From an uncultured virus (IMG/VR IMGVR_UViG_3300030060_003974) (Duplodnaviria; Heunggongvirae; Uroviricota; Caudoviricetes), in IMG/VR virus record IMGVR_UViG_3300030060_003974, positions 44,684-64,683 of that record: 20,000 bases of DNA; one strand, 5' to 3'. The position numbers were made by a program, and so were the translations under genes. Within the stretch, counting starts at the first letter, position 1. Each line of letters begins with the position of its first letter. Positions 1 through 10,616 of the stretch are shown here, piece by piece. The notes under the pieces are model-generated. The model was given only the letters and a program-made list of their open reading frames with translations, did no database searches and was not told the origin of the DNA.

Positions 1-1
1 T

Positions 2-3000
2 ATTGATAACTACCAAATTAATGAAAGAGGATTTATGCCATCTACGGTATTTGACGTAGGAAGATTAAAAAGAGAAGCAAAGGAATTTGGATATGGTGTA
101 AGAGTCGCAAGATACAGAGAGGGGTATAGAGCTGGAGAAATATCTGGGTATTACTTAACTAAAGGTGGTAAATTCTTTAATCCTCGTGCTAGATATCAAA
201 TGATAGATTCTAACAATCCTATTGAGGTTGTTGTTGATGCTAGAAAAAACAAAATATCAGACGCAGCTATAAAAATAAAGCTTAGAGCAGATGGGTTAAC
301 CACCTCTCAAATAGCTGCAGCTTTAGAAAACGCTGAACTTTTTGCAGACATAAGCACTCAAGTGCCTTCAGCCTTTTTAATTTTAGGTGATAAGGTTGGA
401 AGAAAAGTATATAAACGTGTAGTTGACTTTGTACAAAAAACAAATATAGAAAACGCTAAAAAGAAATACAGAATAAGCGATGCAGAAATGGCTGCTATAG
501 CTGATAAAAAAGAAAAGGCGTTAAGAAAAAAAGCTAAATTAAAATCTCCTGATACAATTAAAGATGAGATAGCTGACTTTACAGCAAGGATGAAAAAGAA
601 AAATCCAAAGCTTACTCAAGATGAATTGAATGAGTTGGCTGTAAAAAAAGCTAATGATATAAATAGAGTAGAAGAGAAGAAGCTTAATACAGTTAACAAA
701 GCCATGAGAAAGTTTCGTGAAGACCAGGTTAAAAGAAATAACTCTAAACCAGCTAAACTAACAAAGGCAGAAATTATTGATCAAGCCATAGAGGTTTTAC
801 AAACTGACCCTGCTTACATAGATGCTGCAGGTAAAGTAGAAGGTAAGTCAGACTTACAAAGTCTAATGGTGGATCAGCTAATTGTGGCGCTGTCTACCAA
901 AGCTGCGCTTGATACTAACACCAAGGTTGAACAAGCTAAACAAAGAATAAAAAAACAAACTAAAGGTAAGGTTAAGATAAACACTAAGAAAGATTTATTT
1001 TATACACAAACTCAGTTAATTAATTTAATTAAGAAAACCATACCAGCTGCTCAGTTTAACAAGAAGCAAGTTAAAGACCTTATGGCTAAGGTAAGAGATT
1101 TAGTGAAGCCAGGGATAAATGTAGAACAAATATTTGACGAGGTTGTTGCTGAAATAAACACTATCAATAGTAAAATTTTACAACAAGAAATGACTGGTAT
1201 ACTAACTAAAAAGTATGAGAGTAAAAGTGGTGGTGTAACTAAAGCAAAACAGATAATAGGTGATGTAGCGGCTAGAATCAAAAACATACTTAAAAACTCT
1301 TTAGTAGAAGAAAATAAAAACTTAGACCTAGCTGAATTAGACAACCAGGTGACTAAGAAAAATGCTCAGCTTCAAGATAGGATGAATGAATTAGAGGCTG
1401 AAATAAAAGGTACTCCAGAAAACGTTGAGGAGCTTGTAAACGAGATGGCTGATATACAATTAGCTATGATGATTAACAGCACTTTAACTTTAGAAGACAG
1501 CTCTACAGCTAAAGTACAAGAGTTAAGCGCTATATTACAAAACTTAGATGAGTTGCTAATAGATGGTAATACACAATTAAAACTTGCTAAACAAGCTCAG
1601 TATCAAGCCCATCTTGAAAATATCAATGCGGCATATGAAGCTATTACAGGGGAGAAATTAGATTTAGGTATAAAAGAAAACATAGAAAAGGCTAAGAAAA
1701 AAATTGCTGAGACTAAAACACAGAAAGAACAAAATGCTTCTAAGATATTTTTACTTAGTAGAATGATGAGTACAATAGCTTCAGGGTTAAGCTACTTCCG
1801 TGATGCTACTTCAGGTCTTTCATTATTGATGGAGAAAATTGATGTACTTCCTGGTGAATTGTTTGGTGGGGTGATGCAAGATTTAGTGTACGAAAAAATA
1901 AACGAATCTAGTTATGCTTTTAAACAGTTTCAGATTGATAATCAAAAAATGTTAGAAGACAAAGCTATTGAATTATTTGTAGACCCTAGGTTCTTAGGTA
2001 TCAAGAAACCCTCATTTATAAAAAGAAGACAGGCTCGTAACGCTTTGCGAGACATGAATATTCCTGCTAATAAAAAAGGAGGGTTACTAGGTAGGGCTGG
2101 AAGGAAACTAAGATCTATGTTTACTAGAGCGGGTGCAAAAGAAATTTATACCACTTTTACTAAAGGAGTTAGAAGAGATGCTGATGGTAACCCTATATTT
2201 AGAGACCAAGCTGCTGTTGACCAGGCGTTAGCTGATTATAAAAATGCTACAGGATTTTTTAACAGACTGCGTAAGAAAGCCATACTAAGAGGGGTGATGG
2301 ATAAAAACGTAATTGATTTAAGTGATGGACAAACTTATTATTTATACAATCAATACAAAGACCCTCGTAATCATATAAATTTTGAAAACTCTCCAGATAT
2401 TGGGAAGGATCATGCTCGTATTATGCAACAGCTTGAGGAGTCTATGTCAGATGAATTAAAAGCTTGGGCTGACTGGCAAGTGAATGAGCTTTATCCTTTT
2501 CTATATACAAGATATAACAGAGTGTTTAAGAAATTATACCACACTAATTTAAACTGGAATAGATACTATGCAGGTAGATTATATTTAGATGGAGTAGAAA
2601 GAGATGCTGTAAACTTAACAGGTAAACCTAATATTTATAAAAAAGATGGTGTTACAAGCGCATCTATGTTTGATAGAGTCCACCATAATAATGCTATTGA
2701 ACTAGCAAATGGTAATGATGTGTTGTCTACATACTTGACTGATATGGATTGGTTTGCTGCTTACGGAGAAAGTATAAACGAAATTAGTAAGATGTTTGGT
2801 AATTCAGTTATAGCTGGCGCAATAAAAGCTAAAGAAGGAAAATTCTTTTACGATACTGTTATTAAAATTATAGATGAAATAGCAGGTAGAGGAATACAAG
2901 CTTCAGGAGCAAATAAATTTATTAACGTAACAAATAACTTCTTCTTAACTACACGATTAGCTTTAACACCAATTCTTGCAATAAAACAATTATTATCTAC

Positions 3001-4282
3001 GGTAACGTATGTAGGAGATATTGGTGTAGTAAACTGGTTAAAATACGCAGGTATGATGACAGCAAACACTCTAACTTTTGGAAAGTTCGGTAAAGGTTTT
3101 GCGGGAGCTGCAAAAGAAATATTTGCAAACTCACCGTACATGAAAGACAGATACAGTGCAGGATTCCAAAGAACACTAGAGGCTTATGATGGAACAAAAG
3201 AAACAAGATTAGTAGGATCGAGTGGTCAATCGTATCTACAGTTTGTTATGGACTTTAACTTATTTTTCTCAAAGCTGGGTGATGCTGGAGCGATATTCTT
3301 AGGTGGTATTCCTAACTATTTGTACTTTAAAGAACAGGCTCGTAAGACTAACCCTGATGCTACAGAACAAGAAATTATTGATATTGCAATAAAGCAGTTT
3401 CAAAGAAACACTAAAAATACTCAGCAGTCTTCAGACCTTCAAGATAAAGATATTTACCAAATGGGAGGTAGCGCCTTAAGGTATTTAAATATGTTTAAAA
3501 CATCTCCTAAACAATATTTAAGAAACTCTATGTATTCACAGATACAATTAGGTAGAAAAATTGGAGCTGCAACCAAAGCAATATTCCAAGGTAAAAATCC
3601 CTTAACAGCGATGAGTCAAGCAGGAAAAGGAACATTTGCAGAAAACTTAAGAAACTGGTTCTTATACCACGTTACAATGCCTGTTAGTTTCCAGTACGTA
3701 AGTATGGGATTGCCTGGTTTATTAAAGCCAGAGTTTGATGATGAAGATATTAATGATTTAGCTAGAGCTGCTGTATTAGGTAATGTAAATGCTGTATTTA
3801 TTTTAGGTGACTTAATTAAAGCAGCTACAGATTTAACGATAGGAGGAAAAAGATATGGTGAAGATGCAGGTATCAATTTACCTATCTATGAGCTGTATGA
3901 AAACTTTGGTAAAAACTATGTAAAAATGATAACTGTAAAAGACCCTCAATTAAAATATTTCTATGCTGTAAAAGCTTTTGCTGGTATAGGAGACATGGTA
4001 GGTCTTCCAGGATCAAAAGGAGTTCAACTGTTCCATCATTTAGATAAAATAAGTAATGGACGAATAAGTAATAATGAAAAGTTAATGAGAGCTTTAGGAT
4101 TTAGCGAGTATATAGTAAAGCAAAGTTTCCCACAAGAAGAAAAACCACCTGTAGGGTTAACTAACAAAGAAAAAAGAGAGTGGAAAATAAAACAAGAACG
4201 AAAGAAAAGTGGTAAAGGCCCAGTCTTAACTAATAGGGAAAAAAGAGAAAAGAAAATGAGAGAAAAAAAGAAAAGAAAATAA
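2..4282 (+). CDS. Very large phage protein, probably 5'-truncated by the window; putative virion-associated/internal (ejection-type) protein
   Basis: The 1415-aa ORF from 35 has an open frame back to position 2 (ATT GAT AAC TAC ... TTT ATG). It has a helical K/E-rich N-half and a more hydrophobic C-terminal region, and lies on the opposite strand to the replication genes. Function is inferred from size and context only. Confidence 0.6.
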   Translation: MDNYQINERGFMPSTVFDVGRLKREAKEFGYGVRVARYREGYRAGEISGYYLTKGGKFFNPRARYQMIDSNNPIEVVVDARKNKISDAAIKIKLRADGLTTSQIAAALENAELFADISTQVPSAFLILGDKVGRKVYKRVVDFVQKTNIENAKKKYRISDAEMAAIADKKEKALRKKAKLKSPDTIKDEIADFTARMKKKNPKLTQDELNELAVKKANDINRVEEKKLNTVNKAMRKFREDQVKRNNSKPAKLTKAEIIDQAIEVLQTDPAYIDAAGKVEGKSDLQSLMVDQLIVALSTKAALDTNTKVEQAKQRIKKQTKGKVKINTKKDLFYTQTQLINLIKKTIPAAQFNKKQVKDLMAKVRDLVKPGINVEQIFDEVVAEINTINSKILQQEMTGILTKKYESKSGGVTKAKQIIGDVAARIKNILKNSLVEENKNLDLAELDNQVTKKNAQLQDRMNELEAEIKGTPENVEELVNEMADIQLAMMINSTLTLEDSSTAKVQELSAILQNLDELLIDGNTQLKLAKQAQYQAHLENINAAYEAITGEKLDLGIKENIEKAKKKIAETKTQKEQNASKIFLLSRMMSTIASGLSYFRDATSGLSLLMEKIDVLPGELFGGVMQDLVYEKINESSYAFKQFQIDNQKMLEDKAIELFVDPRFLGIKKPSFIKRRQARNALRDMNIPANKKGGLLGRAGRKLRSMFTRAGAKEIYTTFTKGVRRDADGNPIFRDQAAVDQALADYKNATGFFNRLRKKAILRGVMDKNVIDLSDGQTYYLYNQYKDPRNHINFENSPDIGKDHARIMQQLEESMSDELKAWADWQVNELYPFLYTRYNRVFKKLYHTNLNWNRYYAGRLYLDGVERDAVNLTGKPNIYKKDGVTSASMFDRVHHNNAIELANGNDVLSTYLTDMDWFAAYGESINEISKMFGNSVIAGAIKAKEGKFFYDTVIKIIDEIAGRGIQASGANKFINVTNNFFLTTRLALTPILAIKQLLSTVTYVGDIGVVNWLKYAGMMTANTLTFGKFGKGFAGAAKEIFANSPYMKDRYSAGFQRTLEAYDGTKETRLVGSSGQSYLQFVMDFNLFFSKLGDAGAIFLGGIPNYLYFKEQARKTNPDATEQEIIDIAIKQFQRNTKNTQQSSDLQDKDIYQMGGSALRYLNMFKTSPKQYLRNSMYSQIQLGRKIGAATKAIFQGKNPLTAMSQAGKGTFAENLRNWFLYHVTMPVSFQYVSMGLPGLLKPEFDDEDINDLARAAVLGNVNAVFILGDLIKAATDLTIGGKRYGEDAGINLPIYELYENFGKNYVKMITVKDPQLKYFYAVKAFAGIGDMVGLPGSKGVQLFHHLDKISNGRISNNEKLMRALGFSEYIVKQSFPQEEKPPVGLTNKEKREWKIKQERKKSGKGPVLTNREKREKKMREKKKRK

Positions 4283-4530
4283 TGTCACAGTTTGATGAGC
4301 ATAAATGTATGGATCAAAGCTATCAGGTAATTACTGGTAGAAAATCTTTTGAAGACCTTTTAGAAGAAGAGGAAGATGTGGCTCTTATGTTTAATCCTAC
4401 CCGACCAATTATAGTAATGGTAGATGATATCTACGACATACTAATAGATTACTTCGCCTCAATTGAGGAGTATGAAAAATGTCAAGAAATTTTAGATATA
4501 AAAAATTTAGCAAAGGCGATTCAAGAGTGA
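4282..4530 (+). CDS. Small phage protein with UVR (UvrB/C)-like motif
   Basis: ATG overlaps the upstream TAA (TAATG). C-terminal YFASIEEYEKCQEILDIK resembles the UVR motif (E.YE.A..IRD). Confidence 0.6.
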   Translation: MSQFDEHKCMDQSYQVITGRKSFEDLLEEEEDVALMFNPTRPIIVMVDDIYDILIDYFASIEEYEKCQEILDIKNLAKAIQE

Positions 4531-4685
4531 AATATTCTAGGCCTTCTTACTTTGATGAGGTCTATCGAAGCTATTGATCTGTTACGCATATATTGCTCTA
4601 TAGACTTATCAATGTCATCAGTTCTTAATTCTACAGAATCTTTAGTCCCATCTGTCAAAGTATATTTTACTAGGTAAGTTTTCAT
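4521..4685 (-). CDS. Hypothetical protein, 54 aa (MKTYLVKYTLTDGTKDSVELRTDD...), not in ORF track
   Basis: Translated by hand. ATG at 4685 directly follows the stop at 4686; TGA at 4523-4521. It fills the gap up to the convergent + strand gene. Confidence 0.7.
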   Translation of the reverse strand: MKTYLVKYTLTDGTKDSVELRTDDIDKSIEQYMRNRSIASIDLIKVRRPRIFHS

Positions 4686-5777
4686 TTAAAAATAATGTGT
4701 TAGTCTAGCGACTTGACCAGTGGTTTTTTCGTGTATAAAACCCTCGCAAGCTAAAGGTGCGCCAGTGTAACCTTTTCTTGAATGCCAGCTATCTGCTGAA
4801 GAAGGAGATCTCATATACTCTACAGTCACTCCTATAAAATCTTTTCCGTCTCTCCATTTGTGTTTTATTTTATGATGCAAATGATGTAAGTACCAATACC
4901 TATGGGTAGTTAATGCCCAGTCTTTCGGGTTTTCTTGAGCCATTAATAACGGGAGGTTATCCATCTTCGCTCCATCCCCATGCTCTATCCCAAGCAAATT
5001 AGTTCCATAAGAATAATACTTTCGATGAGAAACACTGATGTCAAACTTTACATCTTTAGCTTTTCTAAACCAGCTTTTTAAAGTATGAGCTAAATGAAAA
5101 CCTGATTGGTAATCGTGATTACTCATACTATGAACTACATCTACAGGCCCTATCTTTCTTAACATTTCCACACACTTTACATAAAGCATTAAAGCTATCT
5201 CATAATGCTCCCACCATTTACCATCAGTATCTTGATAAGTTCCTTTAGTAGTAGTAGAGTAAACATTGTCAATATGTAAAATATCGTTTCCTATGCAGAA
5301 TAAAACACGATCTATATCAAACCCTTTAGATTTTTCAATCAACCCTGTAACACCCTCTAAAACTCTTTTAACAGCAGTTTCACAATCATATTTCTGATTT
5401 GTCTCTATCTCGTTTGCATATTTCCCAATATGTACATCAGCAGGGTTTATAACCAACAGGTGTGATCCTTTTTTTCTTTTTATGGTTGGGTAGTCTGGAG
5501 AATAGTCAGCTACAAACTTATTAACTTTAGCAAACAACTGCTGTTCATCTAGCCCGATATTCTCTTTGGTTACAATAGAAAATCTATATTCGCCACTCCC
5601 ACTCTGCCAGTGTTTAACACTTACGACATCCTTTTTATCTATACCTCTTTCATCTAGATGTAGATCAAGAGCTGTGTTGTTGTTTATATTATCTAGATTT
5701 GTGGCTCTTTTTTGTAGAATATAATCTACCTCTTCGTGAGACAGCCTTAGTCTTTTACCGTAATTTTTAGATTTCAT
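4686..5777 (-). CDS. Calcineurin-like metallophosphoesterase (phage nuclease/phosphoesterase)
   Basis: Metal-binding motifs in canonical order: ADVHIG (DxH), GNDILH, SNHD, HGD, HHLHH. Confidence 0.8.
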   Translation of the reverse strand: MKSKNYGKRLRLSHEEVDYILQKRATNLDNINNNTALDLHLDERGIDKKDVVSVKHWQSGSGEYRFSIVTKENIGLDEQQLFAKVNKFVADYSPDYPTIKRKKGSHLLVINPADVHIGKYANEIETNQKYDCETAVKRVLEGVTGLIEKSKGFDIDRVLFCIGNDILHIDNVYSTTTKGTYQDTDGKWWEHYEIALMLYVKCVEMLRKIGPVDVVHSMSNHDYQSGFHLAHTLKSWFRKAKDVKFDISVSHRKYYSYGTNLLGIEHGDGAKMDNLPLLMAQENPKDWALTTHRYWYLHHLHHKIKHKWRDGKDFIGVTVEYMRSPSSADSWHSRKGYTGAPLACEGFIHEKTTGQVARLTHYF

Positions 5778-5958
5778 CAGATAGAGATTGAATTAAGTCA
5801 GCAAGAACTTTAATTAAATTTTGTGCCTTCTTCCTTGCTTCCTCATGCTCTCTATCCATTAAGTCTTCGTAGATATCATTTCCAAAGTCGTGAATACTAT
5901 TAGACACGAAGTTAATGTGGCTAATGGTATTAACGTCATCTCTGGAAACTCTAGACAT
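5767..5958 (-). CDS. Hypothetical protein
   Basis: 63-aa ORF with short overlaps to both co-oriented neighbours. Confidence 0.7.
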   Translation of the reverse strand: MSRVSRDDVNTISHINFVSNSIHDFGNDIYEDLMDREHEEARKKAQNLIKVLADLIQSLSDEI

Positions 5959-6373
5959 TTATTTTTTCTTGGATAGCTTTTATATTATTAGATAGTTCTT
6001 GTACTTGTAAATTTAGTAATTTATTTTGTTTAACCAAATTATTCACGGTGTTTTTAAGTAACACAGGATTTAGCTCAATGTATTCTTGACAGTCCATTTT
6101 CCATACTTGCATGGCTTTAGAATAGTTTCTGTTAAGGTTTTTATCTACTTCAACTTCATTTTTAAAATTTCTTAACGCAGACATTACAGTAACATGATTC
6201 ATACCGAATTGTTTTCCGATGAATTGATAAGTCATTCCTAACTCTTGTCTTAAAATAGCGTAACAAATAGCTCTAGCTTGAATAAATTCTGTTTTACGAC
6301 ATCTTAGAGAAGGATCTACTCCTAATATATCTTTAACTATTCCCTTTAAGGCGTTGGTCTTTGCAATATTCAT
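5951..6373 (-). CDS. DnaA C-terminal-like helix-turn-helix protein
   Basis: ARAICYAILRQELGMTYQFIGKQFGMNHVTVMSA matches the DnaA domain IV pattern (AR..AMYL.R......IG..F.RDHTTV). No AAA+ domain is present. Confidence 0.75.
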   Translation of the reverse strand: MNIAKTNALKGIVKDILGVDPSLRCRKTEFIQARAICYAILRQELGMTYQFIGKQFGMNHVTVMSALRNFKNEVEVDKNLNRNYSKAMQVWKMDCQEYIELNPVLLKNTVNNLVKQNKLLNLQVQELSNNIKAIQEKINV

Positions 6374-6689
6374 TTGATTTTATATATAAATTTAAATTCA
6401 TTAAGTCTAAATATTCATCCATAGAAATTATTTCTATGTCAGAAAGAATTGGGTTGTCTCCTAAAGGTCTTACAAGTTCTAATGCAAAAGCCACTGGCTT
6501 ATTATTATACATAACCAACCCGCCTACTACATAAGAAACTAAGTTACTGCTAGGAATATACCTGAGATTCTTTTCGATAAACTCAGCTATTCTTACACTT
6601 AACGGAAACTCTATGTCTTGTAGGTTTTCAATAAAGAAATCATCTATATCGTACTTCCTAACCTCTGTATATTTCGGTTTTACATCCAT
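6333..6689 (-). CDS. Hypothetical protein
   Basis: 118-aa ORF in a tightly packed operon; start uncertain. Confidence 0.65.
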   Translation of the reverse strand: MDVKPKYTEVRKYDIDDFFIENLQDIEFPLSVRIAEFIEKNLRYIPSSNLVSYVVGGLVMYNNKPVAFALELVRPLGDNPILSDIEIISMDEYLDLMNLNLYIKSNEYCKDQRLKGNS

Positions 6690-6897
6690 GATCTCTAAGT
6701 TGTTTTAATCTAAATTCTTGAAGCCGAGAAACTTTACCACCCGATGTTTTGCATTCACTAAACAAAACATCTGCGTCAGGTGGTATAGCTAATAAATCGG
6801 GAATACCGTTCTTATTAGTCTTAATGAGTTTAATAACAAAATACCCCTCGCTTTCCAACTCTTTTATTCTCTTGCTTTGTATTCTTTGTTCTGTCAT
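6658..6897 (-). CDS. VRR-NUC / PD-(D/E)xK nuclease (Holliday junction resolvase-like)
   Basis: Motifs E..IQ, GIPDLL, FSECKT, S.LQ; adjacent to an SF2 helicase. Confidence 0.85.
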   Translation of the reverse strand: MTEQRIQSKRIKELESEGYFVIKLIKTNKNGIPDLLAIPPDADVLFSECKTSGGKVSRLQEFRLKQLRDHGCKTEIYRG

Positions 6898-6900
6898 TTA

Positions 6901-8148
6901 CTACAAATCTAACAAATCTCTTTTAAAATGATTAAGAGTGTAGTCCTTTTTCTTTAACACAGCCTTGTATATTTTATACTCAATACCACCTTCAGAAAAC
7001 ACCCAATAAATTTTATTATACTTTCTCTCTTTAGTAGTCATCCTATCTCTTGATTGCCAATAAGATGTAGCGCTGAAATCAATATTGTAATAAACTAAAG
7101 CTTCAGCATTACGTAAGCTTATACCTTCCCTACCACTTACAATTTGTAATGCAATATTCTTGTTGGTATGGTCAAAAGTGTAAAGATCAGTACACACACT
7201 ATCTCCAAATATTTTCTTAATAGCATTCAGCTCTTCCTTAAATTTGTAAAATATAGCTATCTTTTTAGTACCAAATTGTTTTCTAATAAAATTAGCTTTA
7301 TTATAATTTAAAACAGTAGAGTTTCCAGACTCAAACTTTACAGTACCTGAATATAATTGATGTAGCTTCATCATAAGTTTTACTGCAGTGTCAGCCAAGA
7401 CAACCTCTTCCTTACCCTCAACAACCAAGTTTTTCTTTAACAACCTAATCACATCAGCAGTGTATTTATCTATAGGAACAGTAAGTATTTCTTCATTAGT
7501 CTTAGTAATGAATCCCGCATCCTTTTGAGAATAATTAATAGTATAGGGTTTCATCTTTCGTAATATTTCCTCTCTACCACGTGAGTAATCATTTACCATT
7601 AAACTGCTCAACTTTTTTTGAAACACATCAACATATCTTTTACAAAAAGAATAAAAGTTTTTATGTTCTGCAAAAGGATTCATAGGTATACCATAAACCT
7701 GATGATACATTTGACTGTAAGACTCAGGAGTAGGTGTACCACTCATTAGAATAACATAAGCGTTACGTGATATACGAAGTAATTCTTTAACATCCTTTGC
7801 TCTTTTACTAGGCTTAGGAAATGCACCCAAACCATGTGCTTCATCTATAATTACTGCATCCCATAAAATCACAGGTAGTTTATGCATAGACTCATAATTA
7901 ATAACGTGTAAATCAAAAGATGGTTTTAATAAATCGTAATCAGCCTCAATGCTTGAGATAGCTTTTTTCTTTGTAAGAAACAAAACCTTTGGGGTTTTTT
8001 GAGAATGATTTAGAATCCTATGACATAAACCCATTGAGGTTAAAGTCTTTCCTGTTCTAACTTCCATAGCTAGATACAGAAACTTATATTTTTGTAACAC
8101 CTGTAACCCTTGTGTTATAATTAACTTTTGATAATCTCTAAATTCCAT
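6901..8148 (-). CDS. Superfamily 2 (SNF2/DEAH-like) helicase
   Basis: Q-motif FRDYQ, Walker A-like MEVRTGKT, DEAH, SGTP, GISL, QSRDR. Start moved to 8148 (MEFRDYQ) to shorten the overlap with the primase. Confidence 0.85.
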   Translation of the reverse strand: MEFRDYQKLIITQGLQVLQKYKFLYLAMEVRTGKTLTSMGLCHRILNHSQKTPKVLFLTKKKAISSIEADYDLLKPSFDLHVINYESMHKLPVILWDAVIIDEAHGLGAFPKPSKRAKDVKELLRISRNAYVILMSGTPTPESYSQMYHQVYGIPMNPFAEHKNFYSFCKRYVDVFQKKLSSLMVNDYSRGREEILRKMKPYTINYSQKDAGFITKTNEEILTVPIDKYTADVIRLLKKNLVVEGKEEVVLADTAVKLMMKLHQLYSGTVKFESGNSTVLNYNKANFIRKQFGTKKIAIFYKFKEELNAIKKIFGDSVCTDLYTFDHTNKNIALQIVSGREGISLRNAEALVYYNIDFSATSYWQSRDRMTTKERKYNKIYWVFSEGGIEYKIYKAVLKKKDYTLNHFKRDLLDL

Positions 8149-10531
8149 CTTCGTATTTTTTATTTTCAAAATGAATCCACTTACCAATCATATCTCTACC
8201 TATTGAAACTTTTAACGTATCTTTATAGATTGCATAAGAATTTAACCATTTATTAAATTTAGTTCTGGAGATAGTAAATTTAGATTTAGGTGCGTAGTCA
8301 GGATATTCATTTATAAAGTCATTATATAAATCGGACATATAAATTCTTTTATCCATTATAAACTTCTCGCTTTCAGTATTATTAATTATACCAAGCCATT
8401 CTAAAAAGTCGTGACTTGTTTCTGCAGATAACTTTCTAATCCTTAGGTTAACAAACTCACTTTTCATTAAACCATTCATTAAGTAAAGCTGAAGGTTGTT
8501 AATCATATAATTATCAAACTGACACCACTCATCATCATCCCACTCTCCAAACATCATTTTTCCAAATTCAACTAGAGGGGTAAAATCTTTATTGTAATGT
8601 TGTGTTAATTCTAACTCCCATTTTCTTCTTTCAAAACTAGCACCCTTACCTCTTATAGCGTAGTTGGTAGTAATAGCAACTTTAGGGCTTTTGCTAAAAG
8701 GAATTTTAATTGCATCTTTATTTTTCTTTTCTAAAGTTAGACCCTCAGTTACTACACTAAATAATCTTTCAAAGTCAAATGCTTTTTTTACATCATCGAA
8801 ACATAGTATTTGTGTATCAGCAGAAACTAATTGATAAGCAAAACTCTTTTCAAAATTAAAAGATTTACCATCAATAACCACTAACTTTTTCATATGAGAT
8901 AGTCCGTTCATAAACAATCCTTTTCCTGTACCACCTTCAGGGTTTTCAGATATTACCTCATCATTTAAAATAGTAGCGGGACTGTAAGATAAATTTTTCC
9001 ATCCATGTAGTAAGTATCCTATAGTGGAACGCATAGAGTTTATACGACTTTCATTCTCGCCACAAATGTTAGAAATAAATACTTTGTAATCACACTCCTT
9101 AGGTTTGCATAAAGTAAAAGTCCTGTCTATAACATGATCCTTCCACACATAACCACCCAAATCTATGTAATCAATCATAGTAACTTTGTCTTGTGTAATT
9201 TTTACTGCACTGTTTTTGTAATATAAATAAGCAGTATCTTTATCGTCCTCTATAAAATAAACATCTATAGATGCTAAAAGGGTTAGAAACTCCTCTCTAA
9301 AATACCTTGTGTGTTCAGCAAAATAATTATAGACACTGAAGTCATCAATACCTAAAAGATAAGAAAGTATAAAGTCTTTAATTTCTTTTTCACTTGTGTG
9401 GTCTATTAAGTTATTAGTAACCTTAACAAATATATAACTCTTACTACCCTCTGGGTTAAATTTATAAAAACCATTCTCTTCTAAAAAGTTTTTAAATAAA
9501 ATGTGTACAATTTTAATTGTCCCTTTTTCGTTCTTAGTCCAAAATTTATGATTCGCTTGTTCTTCTTCAAGCCTGTTAATCACATTGTCTGCTATACCGA
9601 CCTCAATCTTGGACTCTTCTAACTGAGATCTAATTTCTTTTTTTGATACTCCTCTTTTAAGTTTTTCTTTTACTTCATTGATTTTATCTTCATCCTGATA
9701 ATATTTTGTACCGAAGTTTTGTTTATGAGAATAAGCAGACTGAATTGTTCTACGTACTTCATTGGAAGGAAAATCCCGTGATGCAAATCTATTCATTACA
9801 TACTCAGCTAGGTTTTGATTTACACCAAAGTCATTAAAAGCTGAGGCTAATATATAAACATTATTGTTTCGTTCCCCCTCTATCATACCGTATTTTCTAG
9901 TCCACCATTTAAGTAGGATGTCAACTATTTTATTTTCATCAGTAATTGGAATGGTAGGTATATCTACGTGTTTAGTTATCTGCTCATACTCCTGTTCTTC
10001 TATATCTTCCCATACACTTGCTAGTGTGTTTATATGGATTAGTGGGTCATAAGACTCATAACAAACTCTAGATAAATTTTTAGAGGTTTTGTCAAAGTGT
10101 GGAGAATCAAAATGTTTTTGTAAAGCAAGAAAGTATCCTTTATGATTAGCTATATCCTCAGGTATACGAATTAAAGCCTTTAATCCTTCCCCACTTGGAC
10201 TTATAAATACCGAGTATACATACTTGCTTTTAGATAGTCTTTCTTTTTCTTGTAGTAATTCTTTGTTAGACTTATAACCATCAAAGTCTAAGCATATTAT
10301 ACCACTGTGGGTGTTTAAAGAGTTGTCGTTTCTTTTTGTAAATTGACCACTAAAACATATAGCGGGTAAAGATTGTTTAAGTAAATTACGTTTGGTCTTA
10401 TCCTTTTCTTGTCGGATTTTCTTTACTAAATCCTTAGATTTACCCTCCTGAATTCTATTTAAAACAACAGCAATATCTACAAAAAAGGGCTGTGAAGTCT
10501 CTTTTATGTTTTGAAATATGGTAATTTTCAT
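8138..10531 (-). CDS. DNA primase-helicase (BT4734/VirE_N-like primase domain, PriCT, P-loop helicase)
   Basis: N-terminal KQSLPAICFSG, ICLDFD, FISPSGEGLK, D...SRVCY.SYDP; GERNN PriCT-like segment; Walker A GGTGKG, Walker B CFDD and ITTN. Confidence 0.85.
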   Translation of the reverse strand: MKITIFQNIKETSQPFFVDIAVVLNRIQEGKSKDLVKKIRQEKDKTKRNLLKQSLPAICFSGQFTKRNDNSLNTHSGIICLDFDGYKSNKELLQEKERLSKSKYVYSVFISPSGEGLKALIRIPEDIANHKGYFLALQKHFDSPHFDKTSKNLSRVCYESYDPLIHINTLASVWEDIEEQEYEQITKHVDIPTIPITDENKIVDILLKWWTRKYGMIEGERNNNVYILASAFNDFGVNQNLAEYVMNRFASRDFPSNEVRRTIQSAYSHKQNFGTKYYQDEDKINEVKEKLKRGVSKKEIRSQLEESKIEVGIADNVINRLEEEQANHKFWTKNEKGTIKIVHILFKNFLEENGFYKFNPEGSKSYIFVKVTNNLIDHTSEKEIKDFILSYLLGIDDFSVYNYFAEHTRYFREEFLTLLASIDVYFIEDDKDTAYLYYKNSAVKITQDKVTMIDYIDLGGYVWKDHVIDRTFTLCKPKECDYKVFISNICGENESRINSMRSTIGYLLHGWKNLSYSPATILNDEVISENPEGGTGKGLFMNGLSHMKKLVVIDGKSFNFEKSFAYQLVSADTQILCFDDVKKAFDFERLFSVVTEGLTLEKKNKDAIKIPFSKSPKVAITTNYAIRGKGASFERRKWELELTQHYNKDFTPLVEFGKMMFGEWDDDEWCQFDNYMINNLQLYLMNGLMKSEFVNLRIRKLSAETSHDFLEWLGIINNTESEKFIMDKRIYMSDLYNDFINEYPDYAPKSKFTISRTKFNKWLNSYAIYKDTLKVSIGRDMIGKWIHFENKKYEDGI

Positions 10532-10535
10532 AAGA

Positions 10536-10616
10536 TTATGTTGAATTTATGTTGATTTTGTGTTTTGTAAGTTCCTCATTATCAATATTTAACTAATATT
10601 TATGTTGAAATGTTAA
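10536..10616. repeat. TTATGTTGA direct repeats in an AT-rich spacer (possible origin/operator)
   Basis: TTATGTTGA at 10536, 10547 and 10600, with a degenerate ATGTTAA at 10610, immediately upstream of the primase. Confidence 0.45.

Noticed and set aside
1051..3876. Minus-strand ORFs 1051-1344, 2848-3141, 2997-3206 and 3616-3876
   Set aside because: Antisense shadows fully inside the large + strand gene, with no recognisable motifs.
4615..9941. Other CTGATGA matches on the - strand (near 4615, 5774 and 9935; also near 19723)
   Set aside because: They lie inside coding sequence and lack a stem II followed by GAAA and closing stems I and III.
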